Assembly: GCA_937875815.1 (NCBI GenBank)
Contig: CALFHU010000041.1
Location: 1 to 59,822, forward strand
DNA from: an uncultured Actinomycetes bacterium
GTDB lineage: Bacteria; Actinomycetota; Actinomycetes; S36-B12
DNA: 59,822 nt
Reading direction: 5' to 3'
Shown one piece after another: positions 43,042-50,740 of this stretch. The notes beneath the pieces are model-generated. The model was not told where the DNA came from and did no database searches. It saw nothing but the letters and a program-made list of their open reading frames with translations. Each line of letters begins with the position of its first letter. Within the stretch, counting starts at the first letter, position 1. The position numbers were made by a program, and so were the translations under genes.

Positions 43042-43350
43042 ATGGGCATGAGCGAAGCAGCGGGGGAAACCCCCACACACTTAAATAACCATCATCTGGA
43101 CACACTTTCGGTGATCTACTCTCATCCGGTAAGCCACAACATTCGTTGGGTCGACGTCCTCCACCTCCTAGAGGCTGCAGGTCAGGTTGAAGAGAAGCAC
43201 GACGGAAAGTTCACCGTCACCCTTGGTGAAGAAACCGAAGTTTTTGAGCGCCCGCATCACAAGGACATTGACACGCAAATGGTCGTGGATCTTCGCCGCA
43301 TGCTCAAAAATGCTGGCTTCCAGCCACGAGCAAAGGGTCAAGAAATTTAG
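43042..43350 (+). CDS. Hypothetical protein (102 aa), first gene of a coupled pair
   Basis: GAGGG RBS before ATG 43042 and protein-like composition. Conserved-looking core (HHLDTLSVIYSHPVSHNIRWVDVLHLLEAAG...KFTVTLG) that I have seen in other actinobacterial hypotheticals, but I cannot name the family. Confidence 0.6.
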   Translation: MGMSEAAGETPTHLNNHHLDTLSVIYSHPVSHNIRWVDVLHLLEAAGQVEEKHDGKFTVTLGEETEVFERPHHKDIDTQMVVDLRRMLKNAGFQPRAKGQEI

Positions 43351-43351
43351 C

Positions 43352-43819
43352 GTGGAAAACAAGACTGACGTCGTAATTCTTCGCGGCAAGATCGCTATTG
43401 CCGCAGTAGATTTTCATAAGACACGGATCTACGCATTGGATCAAGACTCAGATGATCGCCCTGAAACAGTAACGGCGGAAGACCCAAGAAACTATTACCA
43501 CAATGTGTACCACCGTGCTGGTAACCCCGACGGTACCTATGAAGCAGACAACGACGAATACTGGAAGTTGCTCTGCGAATCACTCCACGACGCCAACGGA
43601 ATCGTTTTACTGACCAACGGAACCGGAAAAGCAAACGCCGGCCACCATTTCTTGGCATACGCGCAGAAGCATTTCTCCGAAGTAGCCGCAAAAATTCTGG
43701 GTGAAGTTCGCTGTGATATCAGCGATTTGACTGACCCTCAACTTCTCCGGATCGGCCAAGATTTTGTTGGCGTTCACCCGACCCGTGACCATGGCGACTC
43801 GCGTCGAGGGGCCCTCTAA
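43352..43819 (+). CDS. Hypothetical protein (about 155 aa), second gene of the coupled pair
   Basis: GTG 43352 lies 1 nt after the upstream TAG. The tracked ORF start at 43187 overlaps the upstream gene out of frame and is rejected. No recognised catalytic motif. Confidence 0.5.
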   Translation: MENKTDVVILRGKIAIAAVDFHKTRIYALDQDSDDRPETVTAEDPRNYYHNVYHRAGNPDGTYEADNDEYWKLLCESLHDANGIVLLTNGTGKANAGHHFLAYAQKHFSEVAAKILGEVRCDISDLTDPQLLRIGQDFVGVHPTRDHGDSRRGAL

Positions 43820-43890
43820 CAATTAGTAAGGTCAGGCGCCGCACCTGTAGATAAGGGACTCCCCCGCGCACGTGTCGGTGAAAGTCCTTC

Positions 43891-44349
43891 CTACTTCTTG
43901 GTCAGGCTGAGGGTAAGAACTAGTAGCTTTTTGTCCCGGGCGGTGTACCCAAATGTCAGTCGATTGTCGGTGCCTTCAAAAATACCGACGTACTGACCTT
44001 CTGAGTCTGCTCCAGAAATATTTTCAATCCCGTTCGTGTCACCCTCGTTGCCAAAGACGGAGAGACGAACCTTCTTGGGGCTCCCCCACTTTTTGGTGCC
44101 TTTTGAGCGTGACTGCCAGGTCCCAACCGCGTTACTTCCGCGGGTTTTAGTGATCACAATTTTCTCATCGCCACTCACATAGCCACTGTCATTGAAACCG
44201 GTGTACGAACCAATCCATGTTCCTTTTAAGAAGCGTGCGTTGCCCGTGTCGGCTTGAGCAACGGGAGCGAGCAATGTGGCGAAAGCAAATGCCACTACCG
44301 CAATTATGACTCCAACTAGCCGTTGTTTCCCTCGCTTATTTGTATGCAT
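43891..44349 (-). CDS. Secreted hypothetical protein (beta-rich, lipocalin-like size)
   Basis: Signal peptide ...LLAPVAQA|DT and alternating beta-strand pattern. RBS GAAAGAAGGG upstream. Confidence 0.65.
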   Translation of the reverse strand: MHTNKRGKQRLVGVIIAVVAFAFATLLAPVAQADTGNARFLKGTWIGSYTGFNDSGYVSGDEKIVITKTRGSNAVGTWQSRSKGTKKWGSPKKVRLSVFGNEGDTNGIENISGADSEGQYVGIFEGTDNRLTFGYTARDKKLLVLTLSLTKK

Positions 44350-44366
44350 GTGAAGCCCTTCTTTCG

Positions 44367-44407
44367 ATTGAATATTGAATATTGAATATTAAATGTTGAA
44401 TATTGAC
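44367..44407. repeat. Six tandem heptamers ATTGAAT (4 perfect; variants ATTAAAT and GTTGAAT; last copy partial)
   Basis: Read directly: attgaat attgaat attgaat attaaat gttgaat attgac, 18 nt upstream of the start codon of the minus-strand gene 43891..44349. Confidence 0.95.
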
Positions 44408-44730
44408 TTCTAGAGCAACGAGATGGCTCTTCATCACCATGCCTCTACGGTAACTTGGGCCGTATCGCGTGAGTGTACACACCACCATGACGAAATCTAG
44501 CGCGTCTGACTTCTCGGATCTGCTAATTCGCGGTGACGGAACTGGTCACTATTCGGTCAGGCTCGGCAAATTCCACACCTTTGTTTGTGGATATTTGGGC
44601 GGATGCTTTGCGCGCAACGGCCAAAGTGACGGGCTGGGCCAGGTCGACCCGATACATGCGTAAACCTAGGTCCGGGCTCGATCGCGCTCACCCAAATATG
44701 CGCATCTAGTGCACTTTGGCGCACTCCTTG

Positions 44731-44754
44731 ATTAGGTAGTTTCATTAGGTAGTT
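44731..44754. repeat. Perfect 11-bp direct repeat ATTAGGTAGTT x2, 2-bp spacer
   Basis: Read directly: attaggtagtt tc attaggtagtt, in the ORF-poor spacer downstream of the HxlR gene. Confidence 0.9.
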
Positions 44755-44807
44755 CGCCACAGAAGTGATCTCGCGTCAACCGCTCGGGCAGGAAGTGTTT
44801 ATCGGGT

Positions 44808-45170
44808 TTAGATCGCAGCAGCCGTGTCAGGGTTGAAATCCCTGAGATGGGAGTCGGCCCACACGTAAATTGATTCAACGACCGGCCGCAGCGCTTGACC
44901 ACTTTCAGTGAGTTGGAATGCGTTATTGCGAGCTGTGGCTTCAGGGTTGATCCGTTCGATCACGCCCACGGCCGTGAGTCGCTTGAGCCTTTCGGCCAGG
45001 ATGTTAGTCGAGATGTGTTCAGAAGATTCGCGAAAGTTGGAGTACGTTCGGGTGTCAAACATGAGTAAGTCACGAATGATCAGTAGTGACCATTTATCGC
45101 CTAAGACATCCATTGCACAACTAACGGGGCATGCCGAGCGCCATTCCATGCCCACCTGTTTTGAGTGCAT
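44808..45170 (-). CDS. HxlR-family (MarR-like, winged helix) transcriptional regulator
   Basis: Hallmark N-terminus CPVSCAMDVLGDKWSLLIIRDL and about 120 aa length. Confidence 0.85.
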   Translation of the reverse strand: MHSKQVGMEWRSACPVSCAMDVLGDKWSLLIIRDLLMFDTRTYSNFRESSEHISTNILAERLKRLTAVGVIERINPEATARNNAFQLTESGQALRPVVESIYVWADSHLRDFNPDTAAAI

Positions 45171-45372
45171 TAGTAATTCTCTATCCTCATTTTACGCCGA
45201 CGAAATCATGGCCGCCGTGTCTTTAGCGCACAATTCTATCGGAGTTGGTTCCCCAGCAGGGAGTTCATGCGTGGCTGCATTATCAATTGACCACCTTGTG
45301 CTGATTAATGGACGCGTACCCTTGGCACCTCGCGGTTGCGTGCCTCGTTGTAACTGGATAGATCCTCTATTG

Positions 45373-45398
45373 TTGCCCGTTAAATATTGCCCGTTAAA
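45373..45398. repeat. 12-bp direct repeat TTGCCCGTTAAA x2, 2-bp spacer
   Basis: Read directly: ttgcccgttaaa ta ttgcccgttaaa, about 75-100 bp upstream of the SnoaL-like reading frame. Confidence 0.9.
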
Positions 45399-45470
45399 GC
45401 CGTTATGTCGCTAAACGTAAGTTACACCCATTGGTTGTGAAATGCAAGTCAGTGCCCCAAAATTTTATTA

Positions 45471-45722
45471 ATGACACTTTAAGAAGTTATTGCCCAGAAC
45501 TACGAGTGCTTCGCCACAGGAAATATGGAAGCTTTCGCACCCTTGTATCTCGAGGACGCAACGATCAGGCTCTGTGAACACGACACCGAGTTGAGTGGGA
45601 TGTACAGGACAGCCGGTTTTGCTGGCGCTAAGAGTCGGTACATTATTCATCGACGGAGGCCTGCGAGAATTGGGATGTGCATCAATGTAGAAACTCGCGG
45701 AAGCGCCGAACTAATTGGCTGA
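45471..45722 (+). pseudogene. SnoaL/NTF2-like domain gene remnant with in-frame TAA at codon 4
   Basis: ATG ACA CTT TAA GAA GTT ATT GCC... translates as MTL*EVIAQNYECFATGNMEAFAPLYLEDATIRL. This matches the usual SnoaL-like N-terminus, but the downstream sequence loses family resemblance. Confidence 0.35.
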
Positions 45723-46094
45723 GGGGCGCCAGCCGCAATCGGGGGATTAACCTTAGTCATCTCGGCCTCGCATCCAGATCTGGAAATCCCTTGCATCACA
45801 CCCGGCATTAATCCATTCGTAAAGGTCACTGTTCGCAACTCTGTCTGGATCGCTGATCCCACCCCGTGGCTGGCAGAATCCGGTGTTGGTTTTGGGTTAT
45901 CGACCCGCACCAGGTACCGGTCGCGACCAGGTCTAGCGTTTAAGTTGTCGTTCCAATCCACATCAATCACCAGGCGGCACCGGCAGGCGTGCGATGAGCA
46001 ATTGCGTCAGTTGAAGGCGATGCCCGCGAAAATCCTGTCAACATTGGGGCCCAACAGGTTAGCGGTGCCAAGGTGACCGGGCTTTTCCTCGCCG

Positions 46095-47294
46095 TCACTT
46101 CCCCGTTACGGGTCGCTGGTCCCACCACCAGCCGACGGGTTCGGCGAAACGTGCAAGGACTGGGCCAATCGCTGCGGTGATCAACACGTAAGCGGCAACA
46201 AAGGCTTGAAACTGTCCCGGGAGGATCGTGGACACTGCGGCGATGCCTGCGATAACAACGCTAAATTCTCCGCGCGCGCTCAATAGCGCTCCGGCTCGAA
46301 GCCGTGAAATAGTGCTGCCATTCACCGTGCTGCTCGCGTACCAGCCCGTCACAAACTTTGTGGCGATCGTGATGATCGCAAGGATGATCGCGGGCAGGAT
46401 CACACCTGGTAAGTCGGCAGGGTCAGTGGACAAACCGAAATAGGCAAAGAAGACGGCCGCCAGTAATTCACGCAATGGATCGAGTCTGCGACGGGCAACT
46501 TCTGCCACTTCCCCGGTGAGTAGCAACCCAACGAGGAATGCGGCCACCGCCGGTGAGAACGAGACCAAACCCGCGAGTCCTGCGGCGGCAACCGCGGCGC
46601 CGAACACGACAAGAAGAAGACCGACGGGTTCAGATGCGGTGAAGAACCGTTGCGCCCAGCCTTCTCGGCGGACAGCGATCAGGATTACGACGGCAACAAC
46701 GGCCAAGGCGACACCCGTGGAGACCAGCCCACTGACCAAACCTGCCCCGGTGAGCACGACAGTGAGAATTGGCAAGTACGGCGCCATTACCAGATCTTCC
46801 AGCACCAAAATGCTCACCACGGGACGCGTTTCGGGGTTACGACGCCAACGAAGGTCACGGACAACTTGGGAGACAATGCCCGAGGACGAAATGTAAGTGA
46901 CACCACCGAGGGCCAAAGCCCCAGCGAATCCCCAACCAAGAATTAGTGCCATGGCAACACCGGGCGTTGCATTAAGTACCAGATCGAGTAACCCGGACCG
47001 GGACTGCCTTCGGGCCGTCTCAACAAGTTGTGTTCCTGAGTATTCAAGACCAAGCAAAAGGAGCAGCAGCACCACGCCAAGTTCAGCCAATGTTGGTACC
47101 AGGATTCCTCTCGGATCGATCCCGTAGAAACCACCGTCGCCCATGATCAGGCCAGCAAGCAGGTAAAACGGAACGGCAGAAAACCCAAACCGCTGTGCCA
47201 CTCGAGTGATTACGCCAAGGCCGAGCAGTAGCAGACCAAACTCCAAGAAGAGTTGTGGCAACGCTGGATCCACAAATGACGTTACGACGCGCAC
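46095..47294 (-). CDS. Cation:proton antiporter (CPA2/Kef-type membrane domain, no KTN domain)
   Basis: About 12 TM, Gly/Leu/Val-rich, Na+/H+-exchanger-family pattern (LAGLIMG..., LLLGLE). Confidence 0.8.
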   Translation of the reverse strand: MRVVTSFVDPALPQLFLEFGLLLLGLGVITRVAQRFGFSAVPFYLLAGLIMGDGGFYGIDPRGILVPTLAELGVVLLLLLLGLEYSGTQLVETARRQSRSGLLDLVLNATPGVAMALILGWGFAGALALGGVTYISSSGIVSQVVRDLRWRRNPETRPVVSILVLEDLVMAPYLPILTVVLTGAGLVSGLVSTGVALAVVAVVILIAVRREGWAQRFFTASEPVGLLLVVFGAAVAAAGLAGLVSFSPAVAAFLVGLLLTGEVAEVARRRLDPLRELLAAVFFAYFGLSTDPADLPGVILPAIILAIITIATKFVTGWYASSTVNGSTISRLRAGALLSARGEFSVVIAGIAAVSTILPGQFQAFVAAYVLITAAIGPVLARFAEPVGWWWDQRPVTGK

Positions 47295-47364
47295 ACCCCG
47301 ATCATGTCACCTCAGACGCCACTCCTCAGAACGTGGACAAGTTTTTCAGCTTTGTGGGCCACAA

Positions 47365-48165
47365 TTAGGTGGCTAAGTTGTACACAATGACGCCAATCGT
47401 TTGAATAATTAGCAAGTTCGAGACATTCGATGCGAGCAAGTTGTGCACAACTTCGGTAGAAGCTGATGAACCGTTCTTCGCAAACGAGGAAAAAAATGTG
47501 GTGAATTCTGGGAGTGAAGTTGCGATAGCCGCGAGCCCACCCAACACCACTGCAGGTACCCCAAATGCGTAGCCAAGGGAGTAGACCGAATCACCGAGTT
47601 GGGAACCTAAAAAGTATAAGCCCACCAAACCAGCAAGAACTACAGATGAATTAACAACCCATTTAGTGACCGAAGATGGAAGGGGATCTGGTAGGGAGCC
47701 CGTTTCTTTTGGTGGCTCGGATCTGGCACGCAGCAAAATAAAGTAGGCAATGAGCAGGGTGAGGAAGAGCGGCACGGTCCACAGTTGAGTTGCCGTATCC
47801 GTGAGTACTAGCGCAAGCGGAAGCACTATTGATGCTCCCACGATGAGGAGATCCAGGCGGTAGCGCGCGTGCCTCAGCGTTCGTAAATGCTTAAACCACA
47901 ACGCGGCCGTAATAACTAGGAACACGTTAATCACGTTGGAACCCAAAACGTTAAAAGCAGCGGCCGTGAAGAAACCCGTGGCCGCGATGAAAACGGTGGA
48001 GACCAGTTCTGGTGCGGATGTGAGATAGCCAAGGATCTGACCTGAGACAACTTTTGTAGCGCGCGTGTAGGACACCAAGCGTTGAACCGGATCGTACAAA
48101 GCGTACTTCGCGATTGTGACAATTCCAGCGGCGCTTAACGCGAACCAGATCAACGACATCGTCAT
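47365..48165 (-). CDS. Ca2+/cation antiporter (CaCA)-like membrane protein
   Basis: Two internal alpha-repeat-like motifs (GYLTSAPELV...GSNVINVFLV and TSLPEF...ASNVSNLLII). Confidence 0.65.
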   Translation of the reverse strand: MTMSLIWFALSAAGIVTIAKYALYDPVQRLVSYTRATKVVSGQILGYLTSAPELVSTVFIAATGFFTAAAFNVLGSNVINVFLVITAALWFKHLRTLRHARYRLDLLIVGASIVLPLALVLTDTATQLWTVPLFLTLLIAYFILLRARSEPPKETGSLPDPLPSSVTKWVVNSSVVLAGLVGLYFLGSQLGDSVYSLGYAFGVPAVVLGGLAAIATSLPEFTTFFSSFAKNGSSASTEVVHNLLASNVSNLLIIQTIGVIVYNLAT

Positions 48166-48477
48166 TTATGTAGGGTTCCTATACGGGTAGGTTTTCATAG
48201 TATCGATTTCGCAGCCTAGGCGCGAAACTAGCGAAATTTCAGGCGCTAACGAAGTCATAGTGAAGTCTACGTGCTGGACCTTTCACACGTGTCTTGCTGT
48301 CTGCCTTCGGGCCTGCTGAGTGCGCGTGAATTCGAGTGTAGGACACCCACAGGCATGTCAAAGAGTCCAACCGCGCCCACCAGTGTCCCCAAAGTTATTC
48401 GCACATCTCCCAAAACTTTTCCCTTACTACTGTCTGCGGTGCTCTTTGCGGTGGCGCGGAGTGCGTCTTCGCCCTAG

Positions 48478-48695
48478 CGTTGCCACCACGGCGGTAGTGG
48501 CATGTATGCCTTGATCGTGGGCGGTCGGAATGAAGTGCGTGGAAATAGTCCCGTTAGTGGTCCAGCCACAGACAAAGAATGTTCCGGCCAAGATTTAAAA
48601 CGTGCGGTCTCGAGCAGCGTCGAGTAGAGCGGAGACTGCGCCACCGGTCAGTTCGCCCGCCACTTCAAATTGCCATTCCGTGGCGGCGGCAGCCT
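48478..48695 (-). pseudogene. MFS transporter fragment with in-frame stop
   Basis: The minus strand reads ...EWQFEVAGELTGGAVSALLDAARDRTF*ILAGTFFVCGWTTNGTISTHFIPTAHDQGI.... This is the central-loop/TM7 region typical of OFA-type MFS proteins (usually RTFW-LLA..FF.CG). TAA at 48595..48597, and no flanking ORF continues it. Confidence 0.4.
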
Positions 48696-48728
48696 GGCCT
48701 CTTCGCAACTAATTGATGCTCAGGCGGC

Positions 48729-48750
48729 CTATGAAGCTATGAAGCTATGA
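48729..48750. repeat. 8-bp tandem duplication CTATGAAG x2.75
   Basis: Read directly: ctatgaag ctatgaag ctatga, just upstream of the MttB-like stump. Confidence 0.9.
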
Positions 48751-48771
48751 CACCATGATGACCGCGAAGAA

Positions 48772-49026
48772 GTGGGACATGCGGGTCACTTCCTAAGGGC
48801 CATACGGGCCATGAAGCGGTTCCGTGATTACTTCTACCGACCATTCCTGTCCAGCTCAGAAAACTTCGAGCGTTGGACCCGAAATGGATTCAAGGACACG
48901 GCAACCCATGCTGGCCAGTTAGCCGAAAAGAAAATTGAAGAATACGAAAAACCGCCGATCGACTCGGCGATCGAGATAGAATTGTGGGGATAGGTAGACC
49001 GTCGACGCACAGAACTTGGTGACTAA
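48772..49026 (+). pseudogene. C-terminal stump of an MttB-superfamily (trimethylamine/glycine-betaine:corrinoid) methyltransferase
   Basis: GHAGHFLRAIRAMKRFRDYFYRPFLSSSENFERWTRNGFKD...[26 protein letters not shown] is collinear with the family C-terminus (GPGGHF...FY.P.LSD..N.E.W...G...YE.P.LD......L..YV.RR). About 400 N-terminal codons are missing. In-frame TAG at 48991..48993, where homologues as I recall them have Tyr. Confidence 0.6.
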
Positions 49027-49030
49027 TCAC

Positions 49031-50686
49031 ATGACTTCACAAAAGTATGACTACATCATTGTCGGTGGCGGCTCCGCCGGATCTGCATTAGCAAATCGGC
49101 TGAGCGAAAACCCCAACAAGAGTGTTCTCGTGCTCGAAGCCGGACGGATGGACTCCTGGTGGGATGTCTATATTCACATGCCGGCGGCTTTAACATTTCC
49201 AATTGGTAACAAACACTATGACTGGATGTATTCATCAGAACCAGAACCACACATGAACAATCGTCGCGTAAGCGCGGGTCGCGGCAAAGTGATCGGTGGC
49301 TCAAGCAGCATTAACGGCATGATCTTCCAGCGTGGAAACCCGATGGACTACGAAAAGTGGGCACAAGAACCCGGTATGAGTAATTGGGACTACGCCCACT
49401 GTCTGCCCTATTTCAAAAAGATGGAGACGGCCAAAGGCCGCGACAGCGAATGGCGCGGCACGTCCGGGCCACTCGAAGTAAACAAGGGCAGGGTCAAAAA
49501 TCCGTTATTCAGCGCTTTCTTCAGCGCCGCTCAAGAAGCCGGCTACCCGTTGACCGAGGATGTCAACGGCTACCAACAAGAAGGTTTTGCGCCATTTGAT
49601 GGCAGCGTGCGCAATGGCCGCCGCCTTTCGGCTGCCGGTGCGTACCTGCACCCGGTCTTGCACCGTAAGAACCTCACCGTCAAGACGCGAACACTAGTGA
49701 CCAAAATCCGCTTTGACGCCAAAAAAGCAGTTGGAGTTGACGTCTTGGTCAAAGGCAAGAAGAAAGCCAGTTACGACTGCACTGAGGTAATTCTTTGTGG
49801 TGGGGCCATCAACTCACCGCAATTGCTGCAACTTTCAGGGGTCGGCGACGGTGATCACCTCAGCAGCGTTGGCGTGGAAACTGTCCACCATCTACCGGGT
49901 GTCGGGGAGAACCTGCAGGATCATCTTGAAGTCTATGTTCAGCACTCCTGCAAACAGCCGGTCTCCCTCAACCCCAATCTGGCTTTCTGGCGTCGGCCAT
50001 TTATTGGCGCCGCGTGGCTTTTTCTGCGTAAAGGCCCCGGTGCTTCCAATCACTTTGAAGGTGGTGGCTTCGCCCGTAGCAATGAAGATGTGGGCTACCC
50101 CAACCTGATGTTCCACTTTCTTCCCATTGCGGTCCGTTACGACGGCACCGCACCCGAGGGTGGCCACGGATATCAGGTGCATGTCGGTCCCATGTACTCC
50201 AACGCCCGGGGCAGCGTAAAAATCACCAGCAACCAGGCGACCGACGCCCCGGCAATCCAGTTCAATTACCTCTCGACCGATCAGGATAAGCGCGAATGGG
50301 TGGAGGCGATTCAGGTGGCGCGCACGATTATGAATCAGCCAGCATTTGAGCCTTATTCAGCAGGCGAGATTTCACCGGGATCAGGCGTTTCAACCGCCGA
50401 AGAAATTTTGGAATGGGTCCGGCGCGATGGCGAAACCGCGTATCACCCTTCGTGCACGTGCAAGATGGGAATCGACGAAATGTCGGTTGTCGACCCCGAT
50501 TCATTCAAGGTTCATGGAGTGGAAGGGGTTCGCGTGGTTGATGCCAGTGTGATGCCCGTGGTCACCAACGCCAATATCTATGCGCCCACAATGATGATCG
50601 CCGAAAAGGCCGCTGATCTAATAAAAGGTAACAATCTGCTTCCATCTGAGGATATTACGTTCTATCAGCACAGAAAATCCCAATAA
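49031..50686 (+). CDS. betA: Choline dehydrogenase (GMC oxidoreductase)
   Basis: [16 protein letters not shown] motif, GMC signatures ([11 protein letters not shown]; C-terminal HPSCTCKMG). Adjacent to betB. The tracked ORF starts at TTG 49016. Confidence 0.88.
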   Translation: MTSQKYDYIIVGGGSAGSALANRLSENPNKSVLVLEAGRMDSWWDVYIHMPAALTFPIGNKHYDWMYSSEPEPHMNNRRVSAGRGKVIGGSSSINGMIFQRGNPMDYEKWAQEPGMSNWDYAHCLPYFKKMETAKGRDSEWRGTSGPLEVNKGRVKNPLFSAFFSAAQEAGYPLTEDVNGYQQEGFAPFDGSVRNGRRLSAAGAYLHPVLHRKNLTVKTRTLVTKIRFDAKKAVGVDVLVKGKKKASYDCTEVILCGGAINSPQLLQLSGVGDGDHLSSVGVETVHHLPGVGENLQDHLEVYVQHSCKQPVSLNPNLAFWRRPFIGAAWLFLRKGPGASNHFEGGGFARSNEDVGYPNLMFHFLPIAVRYDGTAPEGGHGYQVHVGPMYSNARGSVKITSNQATDAPAIQFNYLSTDQDKREWVEAIQVARTIMNQPAFEPYSAGEISPGSGVSTAEEILEWVRRDGETAYHPSCTCKMGIDEMSVVDPDSFKVHGVEGVRVVDASVMPVVTNANIYAPTMMIAEKAADLIKGNNLLPSEDITFYQHRKSQ

Positions 50687-50740
50687 TTGACCCTGAAGAC
50701 ATTAACGAGCTCGACAATCAACAGGAAGTGAGTTCCACAC

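Noticed and set aside
44367-44407. The heptamer array considered as a CRISPR or minisatellite mobile-element end.
   Set aside because: The units are only 7 bp with no spacers, and there is no cas gene or flanking inverted repeat. It is a simple tandem repeat.
45647-45970. 107-codon minus-strand ORF in the decayed region.
   Set aside because: It has no RBS, no recognisable domain and an atypical composition. It overlaps an equally long open frame on the opposite strand, so it cannot be supported as a gene.
48991-48993. In-frame TAG inside an MttB-family reading frame, as a possible pyrrolysine codon.
   Set aside because: The Pyl codon of genuine MttB lies mid-protein in the active site, not about 10 codons from the C-terminus. 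The N-terminal approximately 400 codons are absent, a TGA also interrupts the frame at 48748..48750, and no pyl genes are visible. A simple nonsense mutation in a pseudogene is far more likely.
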